A stretch of 64,000 nucleotides of DNA, from the IMG/VR virus record IMGVR_UViG_2786546706_000001, positions 4,285 through 68,284 of that record. One strand, 5' to 3'. Each line of letters opens with the position of its first letter. The first letter of the stretch is position 1. The notes below the pieces were generated by a model. The model ran no database searches. It was given only the letters and a program-made list of their open reading frames with translations, and was not told where the DNA came from. Below are positions 28,426 through 38,860 of the stretch, piece after piece. This DNA comes from a virus. The position numbers and the translations under genes were made by a program.

Positions 28426-28818
28426 ATGTCCGCCGTTCTCGATATCGCCGAAGCGGTGGCGGGAACTCTCGAAGACTATCATGCGGAAGTCCTCTTTTTC
28501 CCGGAATTCGAACTCCGGGATATTGAGGAAATGAAAGTCATCGTGGTCCCGCTCGCCGAAGAATTCAAACCGCTCAGCCGAACCCAACATGAGGAAATCC
28601 TGAAAGTTCAGGTTGGATTCCTCAAACGCGGCTGTGAAGATGAACTGCCCGAACTGCTGAGAACCGTCGAAGGTCTCGGTCTGGGCTTCCTGAACAAGCA
28701 ACTGGCCGGAGCCACGTGTGTCGGCGTGGCATACAACCCCATCTATTCCCCGGAACACCTCCGGGAACGCAACCAGTTCACCTCGGTAATCGAACTCGCG
28801 TTCAAGCAGTTTCGATGA
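28426..28818 (+). CDS. Putative tail terminator/neck protein
   Basis: Position, size, acidic alpha/beta pattern. Confidence 0.6.
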   Translation: MSAVLDIAEAVAGTLEDYHAEVLFFPEFELRDIEEMKVIVVPLAEEFKPLSRTQHEEILKVQVGFLKRGCEDELPELLRTVEGLGLGFLNKQLAGATCVGVAYNPIYSPEHLRERNQFTSVIELAFKQFR

Positions 28819-29198
28819 AATGCCGAATTGAATTCGATGACCGCCGAATTCTCGTAGCCGTCAGAAGCGGCAACAACATCGCCCTCCGCCGCGCCGGAGC
28901 CTACATCCGGAAAGCGGCAAGGAACCGAATCTCCACCTCGGAAAAAGCATCCGCCCCCGGCTCTCCGCCGAACACCCGGCAGGGACTTCTCAAGCAGTCT
29001 CTGCTCTTCGGCGTGGACAGCCGACGGGAATCAGTGGTGATCGGTCCGGCCGAATCGATAATCGGCACGGCGATGGTGGCACACGAATTCGGCGGAAGAT
29101 ACCGCAAACGCCGCTATCCGAAGCGTCCGCTGATGGGGCCGACGCTTCAGAAAACGGCAACAAAACTTCCCGACCTCTGGGAAAAATCTGTCAAATAA
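28815..29198 (+). CDS. Virion morphogenesis/neck protein (HK97 gp10/Mu gpG-like)
   Basis: SAPGSPP...G.L..S, HEFGG, YPKRPLMGP. Confidence 0.75.
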   Translation: MKCRIEFDDRRILVAVRSGNNIALRRAGAYIRKAARNRISTSEKASAPGSPPNTRQGLLKQSLLFGVDSRRESVVIGPAESIIGTAMVAHEFGGRYRKRRYPKRPLMGPTLQKTATKLPDLWEKSVK

Positions 29199-29213
29199 CA
29201 AGGAGAAAACCAC

Positions 29214-29624
29214 ATGGCAATTGTTCTGGGCCTCAATGCAAAACTGCTTCGCGGCGCGGCCGGTTCCACCGGCTCCACCGAAGTCAAAAACGTGAAGGAC
29301 CTCACTCTGAATCTGGAGAGCGGCGAGGCCGATGTCACGACCAGAGCCACTGGCGGCTGGCGTGCCTCGGCGGCCACCCTGAAGGAAGCCAGCCTCGAAT
29401 TCGGCATCCTCTACGATACCGAAGACGCGGACTTCCAGGCGTTCCAGTCTGCCTACTTCAGCAACACTCCGCTGGCTCTGTTCATCACGGACGGCAATGG
29501 CGGAGGGCTCGACGCCGACTGGTCGATCACCGCATTCACTGTGGAGCAGCCCCTGGAGGAAGCGGTCTCCGTGTCGATCACCGCGAAGCCGACCGCATCC
29601 ACCCGTGCTCCGGCGTGGGTGTAA
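29214..29624 (+). CDS. Major tail tube protein
   Basis: NVKDLTLNLE..EADVTTR..GGWR...LKEAS; 136 aa beta-rich. Confidence 0.8.
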   Translation: MAIVLGLNAKLLRGAAGSTGSTEVKNVKDLTLNLESGEADVTTRATGGWRASAATLKEASLEFGILYDTEDADFQAFQSAYFSNTPLALFITDGNGGGLDADWSITAFTVEQPLEEAVSVSITAKPTASTRAPAWV

Positions 29625-29639
29625 GAGGAGGCGTGACCG

Positions 29640-30131
29640 ATGAAAAGTTTCACCGATAATACGGGCCGGACGTGGACTCTCGCGGTGACCGTGGGCACGA
29701 TCAAGCGTGTCCGCGCTCTCTGCGATGTGGATCTGGCGAACATCATCACCATTGATGCGGGGACAACCCCGAAGGTCGATCTGCTGGAGAAGCTCGGCAG
29801 CGATCCGGTGCTTCTGGTGGATGTGCTTTACGCGGCAGTCAAACCGGAGGCCGACGCCAAAGGCGTGACCGACGAGGAATTCGGCCGCGCCATGTCCGGG
29901 GACGCCATCGAAATGGCGACCACCGCTCTGCTGGACGAGGTGATCGATTTTTTCCCCGAGACGAAGCGCAAGGTCTTCCGGAAAATTCTGGACGCGACCC
30001 GGCGCTTCGAAACCAGGGGAAAGGCGGCGCTTCAGGCGCTTCTGGACGATCCCGCTTTGGACGGCAAAATCGACGAGGCGCTCGCACAGTTGATGACCTC
30101 GTCCTCGAACTCGCAGGGATCGCCGGAGTAA
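29640..30131 (+). CDS. Tail assembly chaperone (gpG-like)
   Basis: Between tail tube and tape measure; contains in-frame G-GGA-AAG. Confidence 0.8.
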   Translation: MKSFTDNTGRTWTLAVTVGTIKRVRALCDVDLANIITIDAGTTPKVDLLEKLGSDPVLLVDVLYAAVKPEADAKGVTDEEFGRAMSGDAIEMATTALLDEVIDFFPETKRKVFRKILDATRRFETRGKAALQALLDDPALDGKIDEALAQLMTSSSNSQGSPE

Positions 30132-30364
30132 ATCCCGACCCGTTCACGCTCCGCGAGCTGGTAAAGCTCGCGGATGCGCGGGGTCGCTTCGAATGGGAGC
30201 AGACTTCGGCGCAGATGGCGCTCATCGTGAATCTGCTCCGCGACCCGAAGAAATCCCAGCCTGTCAAGGCGGAGGATTTCAATCCATATCGTGCGCGTTC
30301 CAGGGACAACTTCATCCCGAATGTCCCGGTATCCGTCCTGAAAGACATCTTCGTAAAGAAATAA
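30017..30364 (+). CDS. -1 frameshift extension of tail assembly chaperone (gpGT-like)
   Basis: Slippery GGGAAAG at 30017-30023; -1 frame open to TAA 30364 encoding ...GVNPDPFTLRELV...W.QTS.QMALIVN...DFNPY. Confidence 0.75.
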   Translation, partial: GKGGASGASGRSRFGRQNRRGARTVDDLVLELAGIAGVNPDPFTLRELVKLADARGRFEWEQTSAQMALIVNLLRDPKKSQPVKAEDFNPYRARSRDNFIPNVPVSVLKDIFVKK

Positions 30365-30373
30365 GGAGGCTTC

Positions 30374-33300
30374 ATGTCCCTATCCGGCTCTATCCGCGCC
30401 GGAGCAGCTTATGTCGAGGTGACCGCCCAGACGAGCAAGCTCCAGCGGGGGCTTGCCAATGCGCAGGCTCAACTTCAGCAATTCGGGCGGTCCTGCACCG
30501 CCATCGGGAAGGACATGCTGATGCTCTCCGGGGCATTCGCGGTTCCGATGGCGATGGCTGTAAAGGGTTTCGCCGAGTTCGACGACCAGATGCGGCTCGT
30601 CAAAGCCGTAACCAAATCGACCAAACAGGAATTTGAATCCCTGACGCAGGTCGCGGCCAAACTCGGCCGGGAGACCTCCTTCACGGCGAAACAGGTCGCG
30701 GACGGCATGGTCAGCCTCGGTCGGATGGGCTTCTCGCCCAAAGAAATCGAACAGGCGATCCAGCCGACCCTCGACCTGGCACGGGCGACCGGAACCGATC
30801 TGGGGGAAGCGGCGAACATCGCCGCCAACTCCATGCGGATCTTCGGGATCGAAGCCAGCCGGATGAGTGATGTGGCGGATATCCTGACGGCAACCGCCAA
30901 CGGGAGCGCACAGACCCTGACGGATCTGTTCGAAGCTCTCAAAATGGCGGGACCGCAGGCAAAGGCCGCTGGTGAGAATATCACCGACACGTCGGCGGCC
31001 ATCGGTGTGCTGGCAAACCTCGGCATCAAAGGGTCCCTGGCGGGAACGGCTCTCCGGAAAAGTTTCTCGCAGTTTGCCAAGACGAAGGTGCAGGACAAGC
31101 TCAAAGCGGTCGGGATATCGACCGTGGACGCCAACGGGAACCTCCGCAAGATGGCGGAGATCATCGCCGACATCGGGCGGGTCATGGCGACCATGCCGTC
31201 AGCCGAGAAGCTGGCTTTCGCCGAGGACATCTTCGACATCCGTGGGTCGCTTGCCGGACTCTCCCTTGGCGGGAACGTCAAGGAGCTGGACGCCTTCATC
31301 GAGCGGCTCTATGATGTCAAGGGCACGGCCAGAACCACAGCGCAGGAGATGGATGACGGTCTGGGCGGCTCTTTCCGGAAACTGCTGTCGGCGGTCGAAG
31401 GCGCGATGAACGCAATCGGGAAAGCATTGGAGGGCACGCTGAAGCCCTTCGTCGACAAGATTACGGCGACCACTCTCGCCGTCATCAAGTGGATCGAAGC
31501 GAATTCGGGGCTCGTCACCGCCTTCGCCGCGACCATCGCGGGAACGGCGGCGCTGGGGGCGGCATTGATCGTCATCGGTGTCGCCGCCAAAGGCGCGGCC
31601 GCCGGGTTCGCGGTAATCCAGACGGCGATAAAAGGGTTCACATTCCTGCAGGGCGTGTGCATCGCCCAGGGAGTGGCGCTCAAAAACAGCATCTCGCTGA
31701 TCGGAGCGGCATTTGTGAACTTCCGGAATGTCGCAATTCCGGCGATGGTCGGGACGGAGCAGTTGTGCGCCGCTTTCGGGCTCGCGTCAACGGCTGCCAA
31801 CAGGACGGCGGCGAGCATTGTTCTGATGAGCAACGCCGAAGCCGCCGCGACTGCGAAGTCGATTCTCGCCGCAAAATGGACGGCGATGACCGGCGCTCTG
31901 AAAGCCTTTCGGACTTCCGCAATCGCCGCAACTATCGCCACGAAAGCACAGGCGGCTGCGGAGGCGGCGATGGCGGCAAAAAGTGCCATTGTCGCGGGCT
32001 GGGTGGCGATGACCAACGCCATCAAGGGGATGACCCTTGCAACGGCGGCGGCCACGGTGACCACCTACGCCCATACTGCGGCGGAGGCGATCTGCACGGC
32101 GGGAACCATTGCCCTCAACAAGGCGCGGCAAATCGCCATCGCAACGACCGCTCTGTTCACGGCGGCGAACCTCAAGGCGGTTGTTTCAATTTCCGCTGTG
32201 ACGGTCGGGAATTTCCTCCTTGCTGCTGCCGCGAAGGTGGCGGCGGTGGCGATGATGGCGCTGTCGGCGGTGATGACGCTAATCGCGGCGCACCCGGTCG
32301 CGGCGGCACTGATCGCGCTGGGGATTATCCTGGCGGGTGTGTGCATTTACCTCTACCGGGCGGCGAATTATACAGCCAAACTCTCCGACGAGGCCGGGAA
32401 ACTCCGGGAGAAGAACGACGAACTCCGCAAGACTGACCAGCTCCGGATGGAACGGCTGAAGCAACTCTCGGAAAAACAGCGGCTTACCAATGCGGAGATG
32501 GCAGAGGCCCGGCAGCTTGCCAAGGAACTGAAGTCCCGATACGGCGACCTCGGCATTTCGATCTCCAACAACACCGTCCGGATCAGAGAACTGGACAGCG
32601 CGGCGAAACGCCTCGGAGCGGTGCAGCTCCGGGTCAAAAACACCGAGGACATGGAGAAGCTGAAACGCCTGAAAGAGCTGTCGCTGAAGGTGAGACTCTC
32701 CGTTCCGGAACAGAACGAGGCGGCCGATCTGATTGAGGACCTGTCCGGCAGATACGGCGATCTCGGGATGGAAGTCGACCGGGCGAAAAAGAAAATCATC
32801 CTGCTCTCGGCCGCCGCCCAGCGTCTTCAGGGCATCCGGATGGTCACCAAGGTGGAAGAGCCGGATCTCGCCAAATTCGACAAACTGAAAGGGCTCTCGC
32901 TGGAAACGAAACTCACTGTCGAACAGCAGGGAGACGCGGAGACTCTCATTGCCGAACTCAGCCAAAGATACGGCGATCTCGGCATCACGGTCAACCGGAC
33001 CACCGGCCAGATAGAACGTCTGAACACGGTGGCGGGTTCAATCTCCGACCTGACCTTCAAAGTCCGGGGAACGGAGGACATCGAGAAACTCCAACGGCTG
33101 AAACAGCTGTCGCTGGAGGCCGATCTGACTGTCGAAGGACAGCAGGAAGCCGCCCGGCTGCTTGAGGAACTGACCCGGAAATACGGGGACCTCGGTCTTG
33201 CGGTCGAAACCACCGGCGCGAGGGTCGCCGCTGTAAATGACGCCCTTGCACACATGAACCGGGTCCAGGTGGCGGTCGATGACGGCGATCTTGAGAAATT

Positions 33301-36300
33301 CAACCGGCTGAAGGCTCTGACGCAGGTCGTGAGGCTGGATGTCCAGGGTCAGGCAGAGGCGGAGACGCTGATCGCAGATCTGTCAAAGCGTTACGGAGAC
33401 CTTGGAATCGCCGTGGACAGGGCCGCGGGCAAAATCGTGCGGATGAACACGGTCGCCGGAAATCTCCAGTCTGTCGAACTGACCATCACGGACAAAATCG
33501 ACCTGGCGAAGATCCGCGACCTGCAGGGAATGTCTCTGCAGGCGGAACTTACGGTTTCCGGAATGGACAGCGCGGAACAGATGATCGCCGAGCTGGAACG
33601 GAAATACGGTTCTCTCGGCGTGACGGTGGACCGCACGGCAGGGAAGATCACCGTGCTGAATGACGCCGCCAGCCGGATTCGGAACATCGAACTCGGAGTG
33701 ACGGACGGCGGAGACCTGGAAAAGCTCACCCGTCTGCGGACTCTCTCCCTGCAGGCCGAACTGGATGTGCAGGGACAGGCGGAGGCGGAGACGTTGATTG
33801 CCGATCTGAGCAAGAGATACGGCGATCTGGGGCTTGCGGTCGACAAGACGGTCGGAAAGGTCGTGCGGCTGAACACCGTTGTCGGCAGTCTTCAGGAAGC
33901 CCGGTTCCGGATTCGGACCGACGCGGATCTGAAACAGCTGGACCGGCTGAGGGAACTGTCTCTGGAAACGACCCTTTCCGTGGAAGGACGGGAAGAGGCG
34001 GCGCGGATCATCGCGGAACTGACCGAAAAATACGGGCAGCTCGGTGTGGAACTGGACCGGACCACCGGGAAAATCCAGACGGTGAATACCGCAGTCGCCA
34101 GGATCGGGGACATCCAATTCCGCGTAAATGCCGAAGACCTGAAAAGGTTCGACAGGCTGAAGGCTCTGACGCAGGTTGTGAAACTGGATGTGCAGGGCCA
34201 GGAAGAAGCAGAGGCGCTGATCTCCGATCTGAGCAAGAGATACGGCGATCTCGGGCTGATCGTGGACAGGGCATCCGGAAAAATAGTCCGGATGAACACG
34301 GCTGCGGGCAATCTCCGGGCCGTCGAACTGACGATCACCGACAAGGTCGATCTTGCAAAGATTCACGACCTGCAGGGGATGTCCTTGCAGACGGAACTGA
34401 CGGTCGAAGGGATGGACAGCGCCGAGCGGATGATCGGCGAACTGGAAGAGAAATACGGTTCCCTCGGCGTGGCGGTCGACAGGACTTCCGGAAAAATCGT
34501 CACTCTGACCGAGGCGGCGAGCCGGGTCCGGAACATCGAACTCGGCGTCTCCGATGGCGGCGACCTTGAGAAACTCACCCGACTGAGAACCCTTTCCATG
34601 CAGGCCAAACTGGATGTGGAGGGTCAGGCCGAAGCGGAAAAACTGATCGCCGATCTGTCAAAGCGTTACGGAGACCTCGGAATCGCCGTGGACAGGGCCG
34701 CGGGAAAAATCGTGCGGATGAACACGGTCGCCGGGAAAATCCAGGATGTCCGTTTCCGGATCAAAGATGAAACTGACCTGAAGAAGTTCGACCGGCTGAA
34801 GAAACTCTCCGCCGAGATCGTTCTCACGACCGAAGGACAGGCCGAAGCCGAGAAACTGGTCTCCGAACTCTCCGCCAAATACGGAGACTTGGGGATCACC
34901 GTGGACAAGACGGCGGTCCGAATCTCCGCACTGAACGCCGAAGCCGCCCGGATTTCGGCGGTCGAGCTGGAGGTGAAGGATTCCGGCGACCTCGCCAAAC
35001 TCCGCAAGTTGAAAGCTCTCTCGCTGGAAGTGAAACTGGATGTCGACCGACAGAATGAAGCGGAGACGCTGATTTCCGATCTTGCCGCCAAATACGGCGA
35101 CCTGGGCGTGTCCGTGGACCGGGCGACCGGAAAAATTGTCCGGCTGAATTCCGTGGCGGCAAGCCTCCGGGAAATCCGGATCAAGGTCTCCGGGACAGAG
35201 GACGCGGACAAGGCGGCACGGCTTCAGGCTCTCGCCGCCATGCCCAAACTGGACGCCTCCGGAATTTCCGAGGCAAACACGCTGATCGACCAGCTCAAGG
35301 CAAAATACGGCGATCTGGGACTCTCTGTGGATGCCGCCAACGGCCGGATCGTGGCTCTGACGGAGGCGCAGAAGAAGTTCGCTGAAGCTCAAAACATCAT
35401 CAGGGCCGGTAACGATCCGCTGAAGGAGACACACCTTGCACAGCTGGAACGGCTGAAGAAGCTGACTGAGCAGGAGAAACTGACAGCAGCCGAACAGGCC
35501 GAAGCACAGAGTATCGTCAACGCCCTGAACGGGGCATACAACGGTCTGGGGCTCGGCATCGATGCCATCACGGGCAAGCTCAACCTCGCGGCCGGGGCGC
35601 AGCAGAAGCTGAACGACGCGATGAAACAGGCGACGCTCGCCGAACTGGACGCCGAAATCGCCGAACTGGAAGGCAATATCAGGGAACTCGGAAAGGAAAA
35701 CGAGGCCCTGATGAGTTACTGGAACCACAACCTTCTGTCCCAGATCACCGGCCGCCAGCAGGAATCGGTCAACAAGATCGAGGCCAACGGCGACAAGATG
35801 GCTGCCATGAGGCAGAAGATCGGCGCTTTGAGGATGCGAAAACAGGCGGTTCAGCAGGACAAGCCCGGCGCGGTGACCGGAACGGACGGAAAACCCGGCT
35901 CCACCACCGCAGAGAATGTGGAAGCCGAAAAACAGCGCCGGAAACAGTCCCAGGAGGCCGCCGACGAAGCGGCGAAGCGGGTGGCGGAGATCGACAAGAA
36001 GCTCGCCCGTGAGCGCAAGACCGACCTCGAAAATGAGATCGACGACATCAACGCTCTCCGGGATGAATACAAGGCGCTGATCAAAACCATGCTGGACTAC
36101 GAGAAATCCAAGCCGGAAGGACAGCAGGACAAGGCGAAGATCGCCGAGCTCGAAGGCAAGCTGAAACAGGCCGATGTCACGGCACAGGAGCGGATCGCCA
36201 AGGCTCGGGAAAAGGCGGCAGAGAAGATGAAGAAGGATGTCGCCGACTTCCAGAAGAGCTTCGACGAGGCCCAGCAGGGCGTCCGGGAACGCCGCGCCGA

Positions 36301-36772
36301 GGATGTGCAGGACCGGAAGATCGACGATACGCTCAAATCCGACAAGGATGCGGGCATCCAGATGCTCCAGGGGCTCATCCTGCAGTATCAGCAGGCCGCC
36401 GAAGCGGCGAGACAGCAGTTCCAGCGGGAACTGCAGGCGGCTCAGGCGGACGGGAAGATCGACGACGGCGAGCGGGAACGCATCTCGGCGGCACAGGCCG
36501 CCTACACGCGGGCGGAGTCCCTTGTCGACAAGTATTCCGGAAAACTCCGGGACGCTCAAGGTGGGACGGAGGCCGCTGCGGACCGCTCCCAGACCACCGG
36601 AAGTTTTCTCGCGGCCGCGCTGACACAGGCGCTGGGCGGAGGTGGAAACGAGGCGGAAAGGACCGCCAACGCCACCGAGCAGATGGCGCGGACATCGAAG
36701 GAAACCAACAAAATCTTAAAGAAAATGGGCAGAGGAGGAGGCAGTTCCGACACGACTCTCGCCTACACATAA
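30374..36772 (+). CDS. Tail tape measure protein (TP901 family core), 2132 aa
   Basis: IRAGAAYVE start; FDDQM...LG.ET.FTA...LARAT...GIKGSLAGTALR; Ala-rich hydrophobic segment; long repeat block. Confidence 0.92.
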   Translation: MSLSGSIRAGAAYVEVTAQTSKLQRGLANAQAQLQQFGRSCTAIGKDMLMLSGAFAVPMAMAVKGFAEFDDQMRLVKAVTKSTKQEFESLTQVAAKLGRETSFTAKQVADGMVSLGRMGFSPKEIEQAIQPTLDLARATGTDLGEAANIAANSMRIFGIEASRMSDVADILTATANGSAQTLTDLFEALKMAGPQAKAAGENITDTSAAIGVLANLGIKGSLAGTALRKSFSQFAKTKVQDKLKAVGISTVDANGNLRKMAEIIADIGRVMATMPSAEKLAFAEDIFDIRGSLAGLSLGGNVKELDAFIERLYDVKGTARTTAQEMDDGLGGSFRKLLSAVEGAMNAIGKALEGTLKPFVDKITATTLAVIKWIEANSGLVTAFAATIAGTAALGAALIVIGVAAKGAAAGFAVIQTAIKGFTFLQGVCIAQGVALKNSISLIGAAFVNFRNVAIPAMVGTEQLCAAFGLASTAANRTAASIVLMSNAEAAATAKSILAAKWTAMTGALKAFRTSAIAATIATKAQAAAEAAMAAKSAIVAGWVAMTNAIKGMTLATAAATVTTYAHTAAEAICTAGTIALNKARQIAIATTALFTAANLKAVVSISAVTVGNFLLAAAAKVAAVAMMALSAVMTLIAAHPVAAALIALGIILAGVCIYLYRAANYTAKLSDEAGKLREKNDELRKTDQLRMERLKQLSEKQRLTNAEMAEARQLAKELKSRYGDLGISISNNTVRIRELDSAAKRLGAVQLRVKNTEDMEKLKRLKELSLKVRLSVPEQNEAADLIEDLSGRYGDLGMEVDRAKKKIILLSAAAQRLQGIRMVTKVEEPDLAKFDKLKGLSLETKLTVEQQGDAETLIAELSQRYGDLGITVNRTTGQIERLNTVAGSISDLTFKVRGTEDIEKLQRLKQLSLEADLTVEGQQEAARLLEELTRKYGDLGLAVETTGARVAAVNDALAHMNRVQVAVDDGDLEKFNRLKALTQVVRLDVQGQAEAETLIADLSKRYGDLGIAVDRAAGKIVRMNTVAGNLQSVELTITDKIDLAKIRDLQGMSLQAELTVSGMDSAEQMIAELERKYGSLGVTVDRTAGKITVLNDAASRIRNIELGVTDGGDLEKLTRLRTLSLQAELDVQGQAEAETLIADLSKRYGDLGLAVDKTVGKVVRLNTVVGSLQEARFRIRTDADLKQLDRLRELSLETTLSVEGREEAARIIAELTEKYGQLGVELDRTTGKIQTVNTAVARIGDIQFRVNAEDLKRFDRLKALTQVVKLDVQGQEEAEALISDLSKRYGDLGLIVDRASGKIVRMNTAAGNLRAVELTITDKVDLAKIHDLQGMSLQTELTVEGMDSAERMIGELEEKYGSLGVAVDRTSGKIVTLTEAASRVRNIELGVSDGGDLEKLTRLRTLSMQAKLDVEGQAEAEKLIADLSKRYGDLGIAVDRAAGKIVRMNTVAGKIQDVRFRIKDETDLKKFDRLKKLSAEIVLTTEGQAEAEKLVSELSAKYGDLGITVDKTAVRISALNAEAARISAVELEVKDSGDLAKLRKLKALSLEVKLDVDRQNEAETLISDLAAKYGDLGVSVDRATGKIVRLNSVAASLREIRIKVSGTEDADKAARLQALAAMPKLDASGISEANTLIDQLKAKYGDLGLSVDAANGRIVALTEAQKKFAEAQNIIRAGNDPLKETHLAQLERLKKLTEQEKLTAAEQAEAQSIVNALNGAYNGLGLGIDAITGKLNLAAGAQQKLNDAMKQATLAELDAEIAELEGNIRELGKENEALMSYWNHNLLSQITGRQQESVNKIEANGDKMAAMRQKIGALRMRKQAVQQDKPGAVTGTDGKPGSTTAENVEAEKQRRKQSQEAADEAAKRVAEIDKKLARERKTDLENEIDDINALRDEYKALIKTMLDYEKSKPEGQQDKAKIAELEGKLKQADVTAQERIAKAREKAAEKMKKDVADFQKSFDEAQQGVRERRAEDVQDRKIDDTLKSDKDAGIQMLQGLILQYQQAAEAARQQFQRELQAAQADGKIDDGERERISAAQAAYTRAESLVDKYSGKLRDAQGGTEAAADRSQTTGSFLAAALTQALGGGGNEAERTANATEQMARTSKETNKILKKMGRGGGSSDTTLAYT
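32425..35600 (+). repeat. 15 tandem ~213-bp (~71-aa) coding repeats in tape measure
   Basis: Recurring L..RYG(D/S/Q)LG..VD..GKI at ~32540, 32755, 32970, 33183, 33392, 33605, 33818, 34031, 34241, 34454, 34667, 34880, 35093, 35306, 35537. Confidence 0.92.
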
Positions 36773-36781
36773 GGAGGAATC

Positions 36782-37606
36782 ATGGCGGCAAAAGTTGAAC
36801 TGAGTTATTCGGAGCACCCCAAAGCCATCGACAAGAATGGGAAATACACCTCCATCGAGGTCCAGTATCTGGTTTTCGGAGTGTCTTCCGAGGAAGAAGC
36901 GCTGGCGGCGGTCCACGGGAAAGCCCCCAAGGAAAGCAACGGGCTCCCGCTGGACAGCATTGAGATCGACACCCGCGAAACGGACGACACCTTCCGGGTG
37001 AACGCCATCTACCGGGAGGAGGATACCACCGTCGACGATTCGAACGATGATGACGACGATGAAACGCCCACGGAGAGTTTCGACTGCGGCGGCGGGACCA
37101 AGCATCTTCTCTACAGTTTCGGACAGAGAAAAGTCTACGGAGACAAGGACGCCGGGGGAGCCATCGGCTGGAACGGCAAGTCCGGTGATGACTGCGAAAT
37201 CGCCGGGGTGGACGTTCCGACCGCCCAGCTGCGAGAGACCTACACCAAGCAGATGCGGATCGGCAAGCTCACCACCGCCTTCAAGAGAAAGGTGGCGGCG
37301 CTGGTCGGCAAGGTGAATTCCGGTTCGTTTAAAGGCTGGAATGCGGGTGAAGTGCTTTTCCTGGGGATGAGTTACTCCACTCCGGCAAAGAAGGCGAAGA
37401 AGGTCACTGTCTCCTTCAATTTCGCCATCCAGCCGAATGAGAGCGGCGTCAAGGTTGCCGGGAAATCGGTCACCAAAAAGGGCTTCGAATACGTGTGGGC
37501 GATCAGCAAGACGGTGGCGTCCAGCGGAACGCCCAAACTGGAAGTGGAAGGCATCTACGTGGATCAGGTCTGCGAATACGCCTCCTTCTCCGGGCTGGGA
37601 CTGTGA
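36782..37606 (+). CDS. Putative distal tail/hub protein
   Basis: Directly after TMP; GKVN...F.G..AGEVLFLG...KKGFEYVW. Confidence 0.65.
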   Translation: MAAKVELSYSEHPKAIDKNGKYTSIEVQYLVFGVSSEEEALAAVHGKAPKESNGLPLDSIEIDTRETDDTFRVNAIYREEDTTVDDSNDDDDDETPTESFDCGGGTKHLLYSFGQRKVYGDKDAGGAIGWNGKSGDDCEIAGVDVPTAQLRETYTKQMRIGKLTTAFKRKVAALVGKVNSGSFKGWNAGEVLFLGMSYSTPAKKAKKVTVSFNFAIQPNESGVKVAGKSVTKKGFEYVWAISKTVASSGTPKLEVEGIYVDQVCEYASFSGLGL

Positions 37607-37614
37607 GGTGATTT

Positions 37615-38406
37615 ATGGCATTCTTCCCAGATGTCAGTCCCGGCGACAAATTCAAGCCGAACGCTCTGCTGTCCAACAATGTCCGGCACATTGTAAATGC
37701 TCTGAACGGCTTCAACGGGAAGCCGGTCATGGCAACGGGGGGCATGATCCGGATTCAGGTCTACAACAACTCCGGCTCAACGCTGACCGCGGGGACTGCG
37801 GTCAATTTCGCCGACAGCGGCTCGCTGTGCGGAGAGGCGGTCCCGGCGATCAAACTCAAGGACACCGAGAAGCCCTGGGGAGTGCTGGTGAACCAGCTCA
37901 AATCCAAGGCCATCGGGAGCTGCATTCTCTGCGGTCCGGCACAGGTCTCGCTGACCGGGAGCGGTGATTTCGCCGCCCCGACCACCTCAAATCCCTCCGT
38001 CTTCACGCGGGGAGCGACCGGTGCGCCGGTGATCTTCGCCGGGGACGGCAAGGGAGTGGTTCTGCTGGGCGCAATCGCGCAGGACATCTACGACGGCCCG
38101 TTCGCGCTTTCGTATGATACGGAAAAGAAGCAGCTCAAGGTCAATGCCGGATACGCCAACATGAACGGCGAATGGAAGAATGTAGCGGAAAAGACGCTGA
38201 CTGCATCCACCGGAACGGTGTGTGTTTGCTCGACCCTCGGCGACGATGGCAAGTGGACCGCGCCGGAAATCAAGGTCTCCACGCCGGGACAGTATGCCTA
38301 TCCCATCGGGAGTTGCAAGGTTTCCGGCGAGTCGGTCACCGTGTGCTCCTTCCGCGTCCCGGTGGCGATTTTCCTGGTGGCGGACGTCTGCTCGACCACG
38401 AATTGA
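37615..38406 (+). CDS. Putative tail tip protein
   Basis: 263-aa beta-rich ORF in tail operon, GAGG RBS. Confidence 0.6.
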   Translation: MAFFPDVSPGDKFKPNALLSNNVRHIVNALNGFNGKPVMATGGMIRIQVYNNSGSTLTAGTAVNFADSGSLCGEAVPAIKLKDTEKPWGVLVNQLKSKAIGSCILCGPAQVSLTGSGDFAAPTTSNPSVFTRGATGAPVIFAGDGKGVVLLGAIAQDIYDGPFALSYDTEKKQLKVNAGYANMNGEWKNVAEKTLTASTGTVCVCSTLGDDGKWTAPEIKVSTPGQYAYPIGSCKVSGESVTVCSFRVPVAIFLVADVCSTTN

Positions 38407-38415
38407 GGTGATTCT

Positions 38416-38850
38416 ATGGCTGAAGAAAAAAAGCCACCTTCAATCCTGTGGCGGGACAAGAAGACCGGGAAGATCATCCGAAAGAAAAAGAACGGACGGC
38501 TGATCGTCTGCTGGGTATGCCCCTGTTGCAAGCCCAAGGTCATCGCCAGCGCCATCACCAACGCCAGAACCGGCCCGAAAGAATGGGACCTTACGCCCTA
38601 CCAGAAGGAACGGATGGGGCTGCCGGGGGGCCGGTGGCGTATCCGGGATGTCGGGGAGAGCCACCACAACAATCCTAATGCGTCCTGCTCGGGTTCGATT
38701 TACTACAACGGGACCATCGACGAAAAAGGCAAACTGACCGGTCTGCCGAACAAGTTCGTTTCCAGCTATTCCTACAACGGCTACATGGAGCTGCAGCAAG
38801 GGTGCGTCCGGGAAGACGGCAGCATCGAGTGGCCGTGTCCGGGAGAATGA
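38416..38850 (+). CDS. Hypothetical Cys-containing tail-region protein
   Basis: CWVCPCC motif; GAGG RBS. Confidence 0.6.
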   Translation: MAEEKKPPSILWRDKKTGKIIRKKKNGRLIVCWVCPCCKPKVIASAITNARTGPKEWDLTPYQKERMGLPGGRWRIRDVGESHHNNPNASCSGSIYYNGTIDEKGKLTGLPNKFVSSYSYNGYMELQQGCVREDGSIEWPCPGE

Positions 38851-38860
38851 GGAGAAAGAG

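Noticed and set aside
34658-36559. 633-aa minus-strand ORF and other repeated antisense ORFs in the TMP
   Set aside because: Mirror the TMP repeats; no independent coding evidence.
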